A DNA stretch of 64,000 bases from an uncultured Actinomycetota bacterium (GTDB lineage Bacteria; Actinomycetota; Actinomycetes; Actinomycetales; Microbacteriaceae), in contig CAWBJK010000004.1 of the NCBI GenBank assembly GCA_963789095.1, positions 7,334 through 71,333 on the forward strand. The letters are read 5' to 3'. The notes beneath the pieces are model-generated. The model did not search any database, was not told the DNA's origin, and saw only the letters and a program-made list of their open reading frames with translations. Below are positions 36,375 to 45,000 of this stretch, piece by piece. The stretch's first letter is position 1. Each line of letters begins with the position of its first letter. A program made the translations under genes and the position numbers.

Positions 36375-37769
36375 TCAGTCCTTCTCGTAGGAGGCGACCT
36401 TCTCGACCGACTCCTCGAGCTCGGTCTGGGCGACCGACTCCTCGGGAGCGGACTCGTCGGCACCGGAACCGGCGGCGTCCGCATCCTCGCCCTCGGCGCG
36501 CCGCTCGTCGGAACCGGCGGCATCCGCTCCCGCATCCGTCGCATCGGCGTCAGCGTCGATCGCGCGCTCGCCGTCGCCTGCGCCCGCACTCCCGGACTCT
36601 CCGAGCGCGTCGGAGCGCATGAGCTCTCGCACCTCCGACATGAAGCTCGTGAGCTGGTGCTGCTGCCAGCGCAGCTGACGCGCGCGGTCCTCCGCGTCGC
36701 GCAGCACCGACTCGGAATGCGCGGTGACGGTCTCGAGGATCTGCTGGGCCTTCACGCGCGAACGGTCGAGGTGCTCGCGTGCGCGCAGCCGCGCGTCGGC
36801 CTCGATCTGCTGGGCCTGGGCCCGCATGAGCCGGTCGAAGTCGTCGGCCTTCGCGGTGATGCGCTGGGTGTGCTCCAGCGACGCGGCGACCTGGTCGTTC
36901 GCGTCTTTCGTGATGCGCTCGGCGTGGGCGACGGCCTGGTTGTGCAGCACGAGGAACTCCTGCTGCGCGTCGTCCTGCCGCCGGGTGAGCGACTCCTCGA
37001 ACTCGAGCGTGCGCATGCGCAGCTCGCGGACCGCTTCCTCCGCCTCGGCGCGCGCCTGCTCCGTCTCGCGGGAGACGAGCGAACGCAGCGCCGCCGCGCC
37101 CTTCTCGGCCTCGGTGCGGATGGTTGCCGCCTCCTGCTCCGCCTGCGACACCTTCTCGGCGGCGTGGGCGCGTTCGCGCTCCAGCTGGGCCGCGTGCGCG
37201 GTGAGCTCGGTCTCGATCCGCACGCGCGCCTGGCGGGCATCGTGCTCGGCGCGCGCGATGATCGCATCGGCTTCGGCCTGCGCATCCTTGCGCTTGTTCT
37301 GGATCTCCTCGTTCGCCGCCGCGAGCAGACGATCGGCCTGCACGCTCGCGTTCTTGATGAGCACGCTCGCCTGCTCCTCGGCGACGTGCAGCACCTCCTC
37401 GAACTGGCGGCGGTTCGCCGACTCGCCCGACGCGCCCAGAAGCTCGTCGGTAAGCGTCTGCACCTGCTCCTCCGCGTTGGCGGCCTGAGCGGTCGCGACG
37501 GCGAGCTCGGCCTCGAGCTCCTCCACACGCTTGCTGCCCTGGGCCTTCGCGGAGGCGACCGAACGGCGGTAGCGGTCCTCGAGCTTCGCGAGCTCCTCGT
37601 TCTTCGCGCGCAGGCGGGCTGTGAGGTCGGCGAGCGCCGCGTCGACCTCGCCCTTGTCGTAGCCGCGGAACGCCGTCGTGAACGACGCGTCGGCGGCGTT
37701 CTGCTGGGCGAGGAAGAGGTCGTCGAACGACGTCTGGGGGTCGTGGGAGGGTGTCTGGTCGTCAGCCAT
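36375..37769 (-). CDS. DivIVA-domain coiled-coil protein
   Basis: DivIVA motif FRGYDKGEVDAAL is followed by about 350 aa of heptad-rich coiled coil and an acidic tail. Confidence 0.8.
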   Translation of the reverse strand: MADDQTPSHDPQTSFDDLFLAQQNAADASFTTAFRGYDKGEVDAALADLTARLRAKNEELAKLEDRYRRSVASAKAQGSKRVEELEAELAVATAQAANAEEQVQTLTDELLGASGESANRRQFEEVLHVAEEQASVLIKNASVQADRLLAAANEEIQNKRKDAQAEADAIIARAEHDARQARVRIETELTAHAAQLERERAHAAEKVSQAEQEAATIRTEAEKGAAALRSLVSRETEQARAEAEEAVRELRMRTLEFEESLTRRQDDAQQEFLVLHNQAVAHAERITKDANDQVAASLEHTQRITAKADDFDRLMRAQAQQIEADARLRAREHLDRSRVKAQQILETVTAHSESVLRDAEDRARQLRWQQHQLTSFMSEVRELMRSDALGESGSAGAGDGERAIDADADATDAGADAAGSDERRAEGEDADAAGSGADESAPEESVAQTELEESVEKVASYEKD

Positions 37770-37853
37770 GAGGGACTCCGCAAGAAGTGGGGAATGCGTG
37801 CGAGGGCACGCACCTCGAAGAGTACCCCTCCGACGCCGTGCCGGTCGATGCGG

Positions 37854-38669
37854 TCAGCGACGGCCGAGCAGCATCGTCGACAGGCCTTGACGCCAGTGCC
37901 GCGCGACGTACGTGACCGCCTCATCGACGGTGAACGCGCGCGTCGAGTTGCCGACGCGCACCCACAGGTCGGTGATCTGCCCCTGCGTCAGGAAGACCGG
38001 CTCCGGGGACCGCGGGCAGCGCACCGCGCACAGCGTGCGGCCGTCGATCTCGGCGAAGCGGATGCGCGGGAGCGCAGCGGCGTTCTTGCCGAGGGTGGTC
38101 GACAGCAGGTCACGCAGCCACAGCTCGAAGCGGTCGGCGTCCGGCTCTCGGAGCGTCGAGAAGTCGCGGTCGAGCCCCACAGGCGCGCCGTGGTCGTCGG
38201 CGCCGATCACGAGCGTGCCGCCGCGGCTGTTGAGGAACGCCGCGACGGTCTTGGCGACCGCCACCTCCATCCGGGCGTCCTTCTTGTCGTCGCGCACGTT
38301 CCAGCGTGCGGTCTCCTTGAACTCGACGCGGTCGGACTCTCCCGACGCCAGCAGCGCCGCGACGTCGACGTCGCCCGTATCGCGCCGCACGAAAGCGACG
38401 ACGGCCGCCACCGCGAGGGAGAGCCCCAGGCTGCAGCCGGCCGCGAGCAGCAGCGCCGTCGGCATCCACAGCCGCAGACCGAAGAAGAACCATCCGGCGA
38501 TGAAGAGTCCCACGCTGAGGCCCAGCACCGAGACGAGCGTCATCACCGACAGTGGCAGCGACAGTCGACTGCCGAACAGCCGCCGCAGCGCCCACGCGAT
38601 GAGGAATGCGACGACGAGCGCCACCGGCAACGCCACGGCGAAGTCGACGAGCAGCGCGCTGCGGGGCAT
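37854..38669 (-). CDS. Membrane-anchored AlbA_2 (Schlafen-like) domain protein
   Basis: Three to four N-terminal TM helices, then ESDRVEFKETARW...AKTVAAFLNSRGGTLVIGADDHGAPVGL, the AlbA_2 core pattern. The ATG shares a base with the upstream stop (TGATG). Confidence 0.7.
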   Translation of the reverse strand: MPRSALLVDFAVALPVALVVAFLIAWALRRLFGSRLSLPLSVMTLVSVLGLSVGLFIAGWFFFGLRLWMPTALLLAAGCSLGLSLAVAAVVAFVRRDTGDVDVAALLASGESDRVEFKETARWNVRDDKKDARMEVAVAKTVAAFLNSRGGTLVIGADDHGAPVGLDRDFSTLREPDADRFELWLRDLLSTTLGKNAAALPRIRFAEIDGRTLCAVRCPRSPEPVFLTQGQITDLWVRVGNSTRAFTVDEAVTYVARHWRQGLSTMLLGRR

Positions 38670-39328
38670 CAGCGGAGGGCGCCGACCGAGGCCAGCCCCA
38701 GACGGACAAGGGTGCCCCGACCGCCTTCCATCTCGGCGGCGAGCGAGTCGGAGGCCGCCTCCTCGGGCGTCATCCAGGTGACTTCGAGCGCGTCCTGGCG
38801 GGGTTCGCATGTGCCTGTGACGGGAACGACGTACGCGAGCGACACGGCATGCTGGCGGTCATCGTGGTAGGCGCTCAGCCCGGGAATGGGGAAGTACTCG
38901 GCGACCGTGAACGGCACCGGCTGCGGCGGCAGCAGCGGGAACGCCATCGGCCCGAGGTCGTTCTCGAGGTGGCGGAACAGCGCGTCGCGCACGGTCTCGC
39001 CGTAACGCACGCGCCCCGAGACCGTCGACCGCGTGATTTCGCCGAGCGGCGTCGCCCGCAGCAGGATGCCGACCTCGGTGACGGCGCCCGTGCCGTCGGT
39101 GCGCACCGGAAGGGCCTCGACGTACAGGATCGGGAGCCGCCGGCGCGCTTCGGCGAGTTCGATCTCGCTCAGCCAGCCGGGGTTGGACGCGCTGCCGGGC
39201 GTCGGCGAACCGAATCCGCCGTCGCCGCCGGGCGCGCGTCCGAAGGGGCCGCCGAGCCCGCGCAGCGGGTCGCCGGGCGTGCCCTCGTCGTTCTCTTCGG
39301 GGTCGGGGTCGGGGGTGCGGACGGCCAT
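38669..39328 (-). CDS. Nudix-fold-like protein with a degenerate Nudix box (DUF4916-like)
   Basis: GRVRYGETVRDALFRHLENDLG fits Gx5Ex7R-U but replaces REUxEE with RHLEND. The N-terminus is disordered and Gly/Pro-rich. ATG 39328 is the start. Confidence 0.6.
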   Translation of the reverse strand: MAVRTPDPDPEENDEGTPGDPLRGLGGPFGRAPGGDGGFGSPTPGSASNPGWLSEIELAEARRRLPILYVEALPVRTDGTGAVTEVGILLRATPLGEITRSTVSGRVRYGETVRDALFRHLENDLGPMAFPLLPPQPVPFTVAEYFPIPGLSAYHDDRQHAVSLAYVVPVTGTCEPRQDALEVTWMTPEEAASDSLAAEMEGGRGTLVRLGLASVGALR

Positions 39329-39447
39329 GCTCCATGTATACCCGCTCGTCCCGCGCGGCGCCGCAGTCGCCGGTGGTCCTGCGGCACCGTGCGCGGCTCC
39401 CGACGGCGTCGCGGGCCGGAGTCGCAGGGTTTTGCGAGAATGGCGGG

Positions 39448-40107
39448 ATGAGCGAGATCCCCCCGCTGGACGCCGACGCCGCCGTCTGGTCGACCCCGCC
39501 CGCCGACCGCGCCGGCCGCCCCCTGCTCGTGCTGCTGCACGGCTACGGCGCGGACGAGCGCGACCTGTTCGGGCTCGCCCCGCACCTTCCCGAGAGCTTC
39601 GTCGTCGCGTCGGTGCGTGCGCCGCTCGCACCGCCGTTCCCCACCCCGGGTTGGTCGTGGTACCCGCTGCAGGCATCGACGATGCGCGATTCGGCCGCGA
39701 TCACGGGCGCCGCCGAAAGGTTCCTGCAGTGGCTCGACGCGGCGACCGACGCGGCCCACGTCGGCCTGCTCGGCTTCTCACAGGGTGCGGCGGTCGCGCT
39801 CCAGGCGATGCGGCTGCGGCCACAGCGCTTCGCCTTCGCCGTGAACCTCGCGGGCTTCGTCGATGCCGGTCCCCTCCCGCTCGACGACGAGCTCGCCGAG
39901 CGCCGTCCGCCCGTGTTCTGGGGGCGCGGCGCGAACGACGAGGTGATCCCCGCCGACCGTCTCGCGCACACGGTGCAATGGCTCCCCGAGCACGTCGACC
40001 TGAGCGGTCGCGTGTACCCCGGCCTCACCCACAGCGTGTCGCAGGACGAACTCGACGACGTCGTCGTCTTCCTGCACAAACGACGGGAAGACCTCGACGC
40101 CACGTGA
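39448..40107 (+). CDS. Alpha/beta hydrolase, phospholipase/carboxylesterase family
   Basis: LLVLLHGYGADERDL and the nucleophile elbow GFSQGA. Confidence 0.8.
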   Translation: MSEIPPLDADAAVWSTPPADRAGRPLLVLLHGYGADERDLFGLAPHLPESFVVASVRAPLAPPFPTPGWSWYPLQASTMRDSAAITGAAERFLQWLDAATDAAHVGLLGFSQGAAVALQAMRLRPQRFAFAVNLAGFVDAGPLPLDDELAERRPPVFWGRGANDEVIPADRLAHTVQWLPEHVDLSGRVYPGLTHSVSQDELDDVVVFLHKRREDLDAT

Positions 40108-40133
40108 CAGGGGTGCCGCGTCTGGGCTACACT
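40104..40133 (+). promoter_or_regulatory. Candidate sigma-70-type promoter for the ABC-F gene
   Basis: -35 GTGACA (40104-40109), an 18-nt spacer, then -10 TACACT (40128-40133). It overlaps the esterase stop codon. Confidence 0.35.
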
Positions 40134-40167
40134 CGCACGGTCCCTGTCCCGAGTGTGAGGAAGACCG

Positions 40168-40194
40168 TTGAAGGGTTTCGACGCCGCGCTGTGA
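40168..40194 (+). other. Possible 8-codon leader uORF (TTG start; M-K-G-F-D-A-A-L-stop)
   Basis: A GAGGAAG Shine-Dalgarno-like sequence ends 4 nt before TTG 40168. It lies in the leader of the ABC-F gene. Speculative. Confidence 0.2.
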
Positions 40195-40234
40195 TCCCGC
40201 GCTGAGCCGTCGACCCCTCCGTCCTCCAAGGAGA

Positions 40235-40362
40235 CCCGCCTTCTGGGCGATCCGCCTCTCAGGCCATCCGCCTCTCAGGCGATCCGCCTTCCACAGGCGA
40301 GTTCGACGCGTCAGCGCATTCCATCCGCGCTGACGTCCCGCACCCTCCGCCTCCCCAGGCGG
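40235..40362 (+). repeat. Array of four short hairpin repeats CCGCCT-N3-5-AGGCG, plus a 9-bp-stem hairpin, in the ABC-F 5' leader
   Basis: gatccgcctctcaggc, catccgcctctcaggc, gatccgccttccacaggc and ccgcctccccaggcgg are present. The extra hairpin cgtcagcgc-N9-gcgctgacg lies at 40308-40334. Confidence 0.7.
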
Positions 40363-40408
40363 CCTCGGTGTCTGCGGTGTCAGCGCACCCCGACATCTGG
40401 GAGGCACC

Positions 40409-42049
40409 ATGCCCGCACACACCTCCGCGGTCACCCTCGACCGCGTCTCCTTCCACTGGCCCGACGGGACCGTCGCCCTCGACGGCGTCTCCGGGTCGTT
40501 CTCACACGGACGCACCGGGCTCGTCGGCCGCAACGGCGCCGGCAAGTCCACGTTGCTCACGCTCATCTCCGGCGAGCGCACTCCACTCTCGGGTCAGCTC
40601 ACCGTCGCGGGCGCCGTCGACCGGTTGCCGCAGCAGCTGACGCTCGATGTCCATCGCGCCGTGGCCGACCTGCTCGGCATCGATGACGCGCTGCGAGCCG
40701 TGCGCGCCATCGCCGACGGCGACGTCGATCCGCGGCACTTCGACACCGTCGGCGACGACTGGGACGTCGAGGCGCGCGCCGTGGCGGCGCTCGCCGACGC
40801 CGGGCTCCCCGCCGACGCGCTGGACCGCCGCGTCGGGTCGCTCTCGGGCGGTGAGGCGGTGCTCGCCGCGCTCGTCGGCGTGAGGTTGCGTCGAGCCCCG
40901 ATCGTTCTGCTCGACGAGCCGACGAACAACCTCGACCGCGATGCGCGGGAGCGTGTCTACGAGCTCGTGCGCTCGTGGCGTGGCACCCTCATCGTCGTCA
41001 GCCACGACACCGCGCTCCTCGACCTCATGGACGAGACGGCGGAACTGCACGCCGGGGAGATGTCGGTGTACGGCGGCCCCTACACGGCGTGGCGCGAGAA
41101 CTTCGAACGCGAGCAGGCGGCCGCACGTCAGGCGGAGTCAGCGGCGCGACAGGCGGTGCGGCGCGAGAAGCGCGACAGGATCGAGGCCGAGACGAAGATC
41201 GCCCAACGTGCGGCGACGGGCAGCCGCGCTCAGCGCGAGAAGCGCGTGCCGGGGATCGTCGCCGGCAACCGTCGCAGCGCCGCCCAGGTGTCGGCCGGGA
41301 AGCTCCGCACGGAGGCGTCGGAGAAGCTCGCGGAGGCCCGGGCCGGCCTCGATGCCGCCGGGCGGCGGGTGCGCGACGACGACTCCGTGCGGATCGACCT
41401 GCCCGATCCGGGCGTGGGGGCGGGCCGGCGGCTCGCGACGCTGGGCGACGGCGAGCGCACGTGGGTCATCCAGGGGCCGGAGCGGGTCGCACTCGTCGGG
41501 CCGAACGGCGCCGGCAAGACGACGCTGCTCGAGCAGCTCGTTCAGAACTCCGGAGATGCGGGCGAGCGCGGCCCGGCCGAGGCGTACAGGAACGCCGAGG
41601 CGCCGACTCTCCGGAGTTGTGCACACGCGACGGCGCACACCGACCGGGTCGGCTACCTGTCGCAGCGGGTGGACGGGCTCGACGACTCCTCGTCGGTGCT
41701 CGACAACCTGCGCACGCCCGGGGTCGGCGACGTCGAGCTGCGCAATCGGCTCGCGCGGTTCCTGCTGCGGGGGGCGACCGTGCTCCGGCCCGTGTCGGCC
41801 CTGTCGGGCGGCGAGCGGTTCCGGGCGGCGCTCGCGCAGCTGCTGCTGGCCGATCCGCCGCCGCAGCTGCTCCTGCTCGACGAGCCGACCAACAACCTCG
41901 ACCTCGACACGGTCGACCAGCTGGTCGAGGCGGTGATGGCGTACCGCGGGGCGGTGCTCGTGGTGAGCCACGACGACGGCTTCCTGCGCCGGATCGCCCC
42001 CGACGTGGTGCTCGAGTTGCGGGACGGCGTCTTGCACGAGAAGGGGTAG
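40409..42049 (+). CDS. ABC-F family ATPase (two ABC domains, charged helical linker, no TM domain)
   Basis: [11 protein letters not shown] and [11 protein letters not shown] Walker A motifs, with LSGGE signatures. The Arg/Glu/Ala-rich inter-domain linker ([28 protein letters not shown]) is typical of ABC-F. GGGAGG RBS precedes ATG 40409. Confidence 0.88.
   Translation: MPAHTSAVTLDRVSFHWPDGTVALDGVSGSFSHGRTGLVGRNGAGKSTLLTLISGERTPLSGQLTVAGAVDRLPQQLTLDVHRAVADLLGIDDALRAVRAIADGDVDPRHFDTVGDDWDVEARAVAALADAGLPADALDRRVGSLSGGEAVLAALVGVRLRRAPIVLLDEPTNNLDRDARERVYELVRSWRGTLIVVSHDTALLDLMDETAELHAGEMSVYGGPYTAWRENFEREQAAARQAESAARQAVRREKRDRIEAETKIAQRAATGSRAQREKRVPGIVAGNRRSAAQVSAGKLRTEASEKLAEARAGLDAAGRRVRDDDSVRIDLPDPGVGAGRRLATLGDGERTWVIQGPERVALVGPNGAGKTTLLEQLVQNSGDAGERGPAEAYRNAEAPTLRSCAHATAHTDRVGYLSQRVDGLDDSSSVLDNLRTPGVGDVELRNRLARFLLRGATVLRPVSALSGGERFRAALAQLLLADPPPQLLLLDEPTNNLDLDTVDQLVEAVMAYRGAVLVVSHDDGFLRRIAPDVVLELRDGVLHEKG
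41540..41624. repeat. Second copy of the TIR-flanked small element, located inside the ABC-F coding sequence
   Basis: The left end gttcagaactccggagat and right end ggagttgtgcacacgcga match the 13277-13374 element with 1 and 2 mismatches over 18 nt each. The encoded segment [29 protein letters not shown] sits between Walker A and the Q-loop of NBD2. Confidence 0.55.
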
Positions 42050-42097
42050 TCGCGAAAGCCCTGCCCGGATGTCGGTGGGGGCGACGAAGATGGAACG

Positions 42098-45000
42098 ATG
42101 GCCGTCGTTCTGGAGCGCTTCGGTCCTGCCACGCAGGACTGGTTCCGTTCGGCATTCGCCCAGCCCACCGACGCGCAGGCGGGCGCGTGGGAGGCGATCT
42201 CGGCGGGCAAGCACGCCCTCGTGGTCGCCCCCACCGGGTCCGGCAAGACGCTGTCGGCGTTCCTGTGGGCCATCGACCGCCTCTTCCACGACAAGCAGGC
42301 CACCGCGGCTGCGGCCGCGCCCCGCGACAAGGGCGTCCGCGCCGCGGGAGCACCCGACGAGGGAGCACCGGGGAAGAAGGCCCGGAACGGGAGCGCGCGC
42401 GAGGCCCGGTCCTCCCGCACGAAGGTGCTCTACATCTCGCCGCTGAAAGCATTGGGCGTCGACGTCGAGCGCAACCTCCGGTCGCCGCTCGTGGGCATCG
42501 GCCAGTCGGCGCGGCGCCTGGGCATCACGGCGCCCGACATCGCCGTCGGCGTCCGCTCCGGCGACACCACCTCGGCCGATCGGCGACGCCTGTTGTCCGA
42601 TCCGCCCGACATTCTGATCACCACTCCCGAGTCGCTGTATCTCATGCTCACGTCGCAGGCGTCCGAGACGCTCCGCGGAGTGCACACCGTCATCATCGAT
42701 GAGGTGCACGCCGTCGCCGCCACCAAGCGCGGCGCGCACCTCGCGGTGAGCCTCGAACGGCTCGACGCCCTGCGGCGCGCGGCAGCGGTCGAAGCGGGCG
42801 ACGCGACCGGCGGCGCCCCCGCGCAGCGGATCGGCCTGTCGGCAACCGTGCGCCCGATCGATGAGGTGGCGCGGTTCCTGGGCGGCACGGCACCGGTCGA
42901 GATCGTGGCGCCGAAGGCGAGCAAGGCGTTCGACCTGTCGGTGGTCGTGCCGATCGACGACATGCTCAACCCGCCGCCTCCCCCCGGCACCGACGACGCC
43001 GCCACCCCCGACATCGCCGGCGATCACGACGGAGACGGAGACGGAGACGGCGCCTGGTACGGCGGGGGTGCCGCGGCGGGCGCCGCGCCCGAGGCCACAG
43101 GCTCCGTGTGGCCGCACGTGGAAGAGGCGATCGTCGACCGCATCCTCGCTCACCGCTCCACGATCGTGTTCGCGAACTCCCGCCGTCTCGCCGAGCGGCT
43201 CACGGGCCGCCTCAACGAGATCTACGCCGAGCGGGTCGGCATCGACGTGCCCGATCCCGCGCTGCCTGCCGCGATGATGGCACAGGCCGGCATCTCGGCG
43301 GGAGTCGAGCCGGTCCTCGCGAAGGCGCACCACGGCTCGGTGTCGAAAGAGCAGCGTGCGCAGGTCGAAGACGAGCTGAAGTCGGGCGCCCTGCGGTGCG
43401 TGGTGGCCACGAGCAGCCTCGAGCTCGGCATCGACATGGGCGCCGTCGACCTCGTGATCCAGGTCGAGGCACCGCCGTCGGCCGCGTCGGGGCTGCAGCG
43501 GGTCGGCCGCGCCGGGCACCAGGTGGGCGAGGTCAGCCGCGCCGCCCTGTTCCCCAAGCACCGCGGCGACGTGCTGCACACGGCCGTCGTCACGGAGCGG
43601 ATGCTCGCGGGGCAGATCGAGGCGATCGCGGTGCCGCAGAACCCGCTCGACATCCTTGCGCAGCAGACGATCGCCGCCTGCGCGACCGGTCCCATCGACG
43701 TCGAGGGCTGGTTCGAGACCGTGAAGCGGTCGGCCCCGTTCCGCACCCTGCCGCGCTCGGCGTACGAAGCCACGCTCGACCTGCTGTCGGGGCGGTTCCC
43801 GTCCGACGAGTTCGCCGAACTGCGTCCGCGCGTCGTGTGGGACCGCGATCACGGCATCCTCACGGGTCGACCGGGCGCGCAGCGCATCGCGGTCACCAGC
43901 GGCGGCACGATCCCCGACCGGGGCCTGTTCGGCGTGTTCATCCAGGGCGAGAGCCGCAACGCACGCGTGGGCGAACTCGACGAGGAGATGGTCTACGAGT
44001 CGCGCGTGGGCGACGTGTTCACCCTCGGGACGACAAGCTGGCGGATCGTCGAGATCACGCACGACCGGGTCAATGTGCTGCCCGCGTTCGGCCAGCCCGG
44101 CAAGCTCCCCTTCTGGCACGGCGACGGCCTCGGCCGCCCCGCCGAGCTGGGCGAGGCTCTCGGCCGGTTCTCGCGCGAGGTGTCGTCGGCGGCTCCCGAG
44201 AAGGCGAAGCAGCGACTGCGCGCGTCGGGCCTCGACGACAACGCGATCAGCAACCTGCTGTCGTACCTGGCGGAGCAGCGAGAGGCGACGGGCACGCTCC
44301 CCACCGACACGACCCTCACGGTCGAACGCTCTCGCGACGAAGTGGGCGACTGGCGCATCATCCTGCACTCCCCCTACGGCATGCACGTGCACGCCCCGTG
44401 GGCTCTCGCCGTCAACGCCCGCATCCGCGAGCGCCTCGGCGTCGAGGGGTCGGCCGTCGCGAGCGACGACGGCATCATCGCGCGCGTTCCGGATGCCGAG
44501 GCGGAGCCGCCCGACGCCGAGCTGTTCGTGTTCGACCCCGACGAGCTCGAGCAGATCGTCACCGACGAGGTGGGCGGGTCGGCGCTGTTCGCCTCGCGCT
44601 TCCGCGAGTGCGCCGCCCGCGCCCTCCTGCTGCCGCGCCTCAACCCCAACCGGCGGTCGCCGCTGTGGCAGCAGCGCCAGAAGTCTGCGCAGCTGCTCGA
44701 AGTCGCGCGCAACCACCCGACGTTCCCGATCATCCTCGAGACGCTCCGCGAAGTGCTGCAGGACGTCTACGACCTGCCCGCGCTGCTGCGGATCGCCCGG
44801 TCGATCGGCGACCGCCGCATCCGCCTCGTCGAGACCACCACCTCGCAGCCGTCGCCGTTCGCGCGCGACCTGCTGTTCGGCTACGTCGGGGCTTTCATGT
44901 ACGAGGGCGACTCGCCCCTCGCGGAGCGGCGCGCGGCCGCCCTGTCGGTCGACCCGGCGCTGCTGAGCGAGCTGCTCGGCAAGGTCGAGATGCGCGAGCT

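Noticed and set aside
43027-43050. GDGDGDG-encoding 6-bp repeats inside lhr
   Set aside because: This is a short low-complexity acidic loop, and too short and degenerate to interpret.
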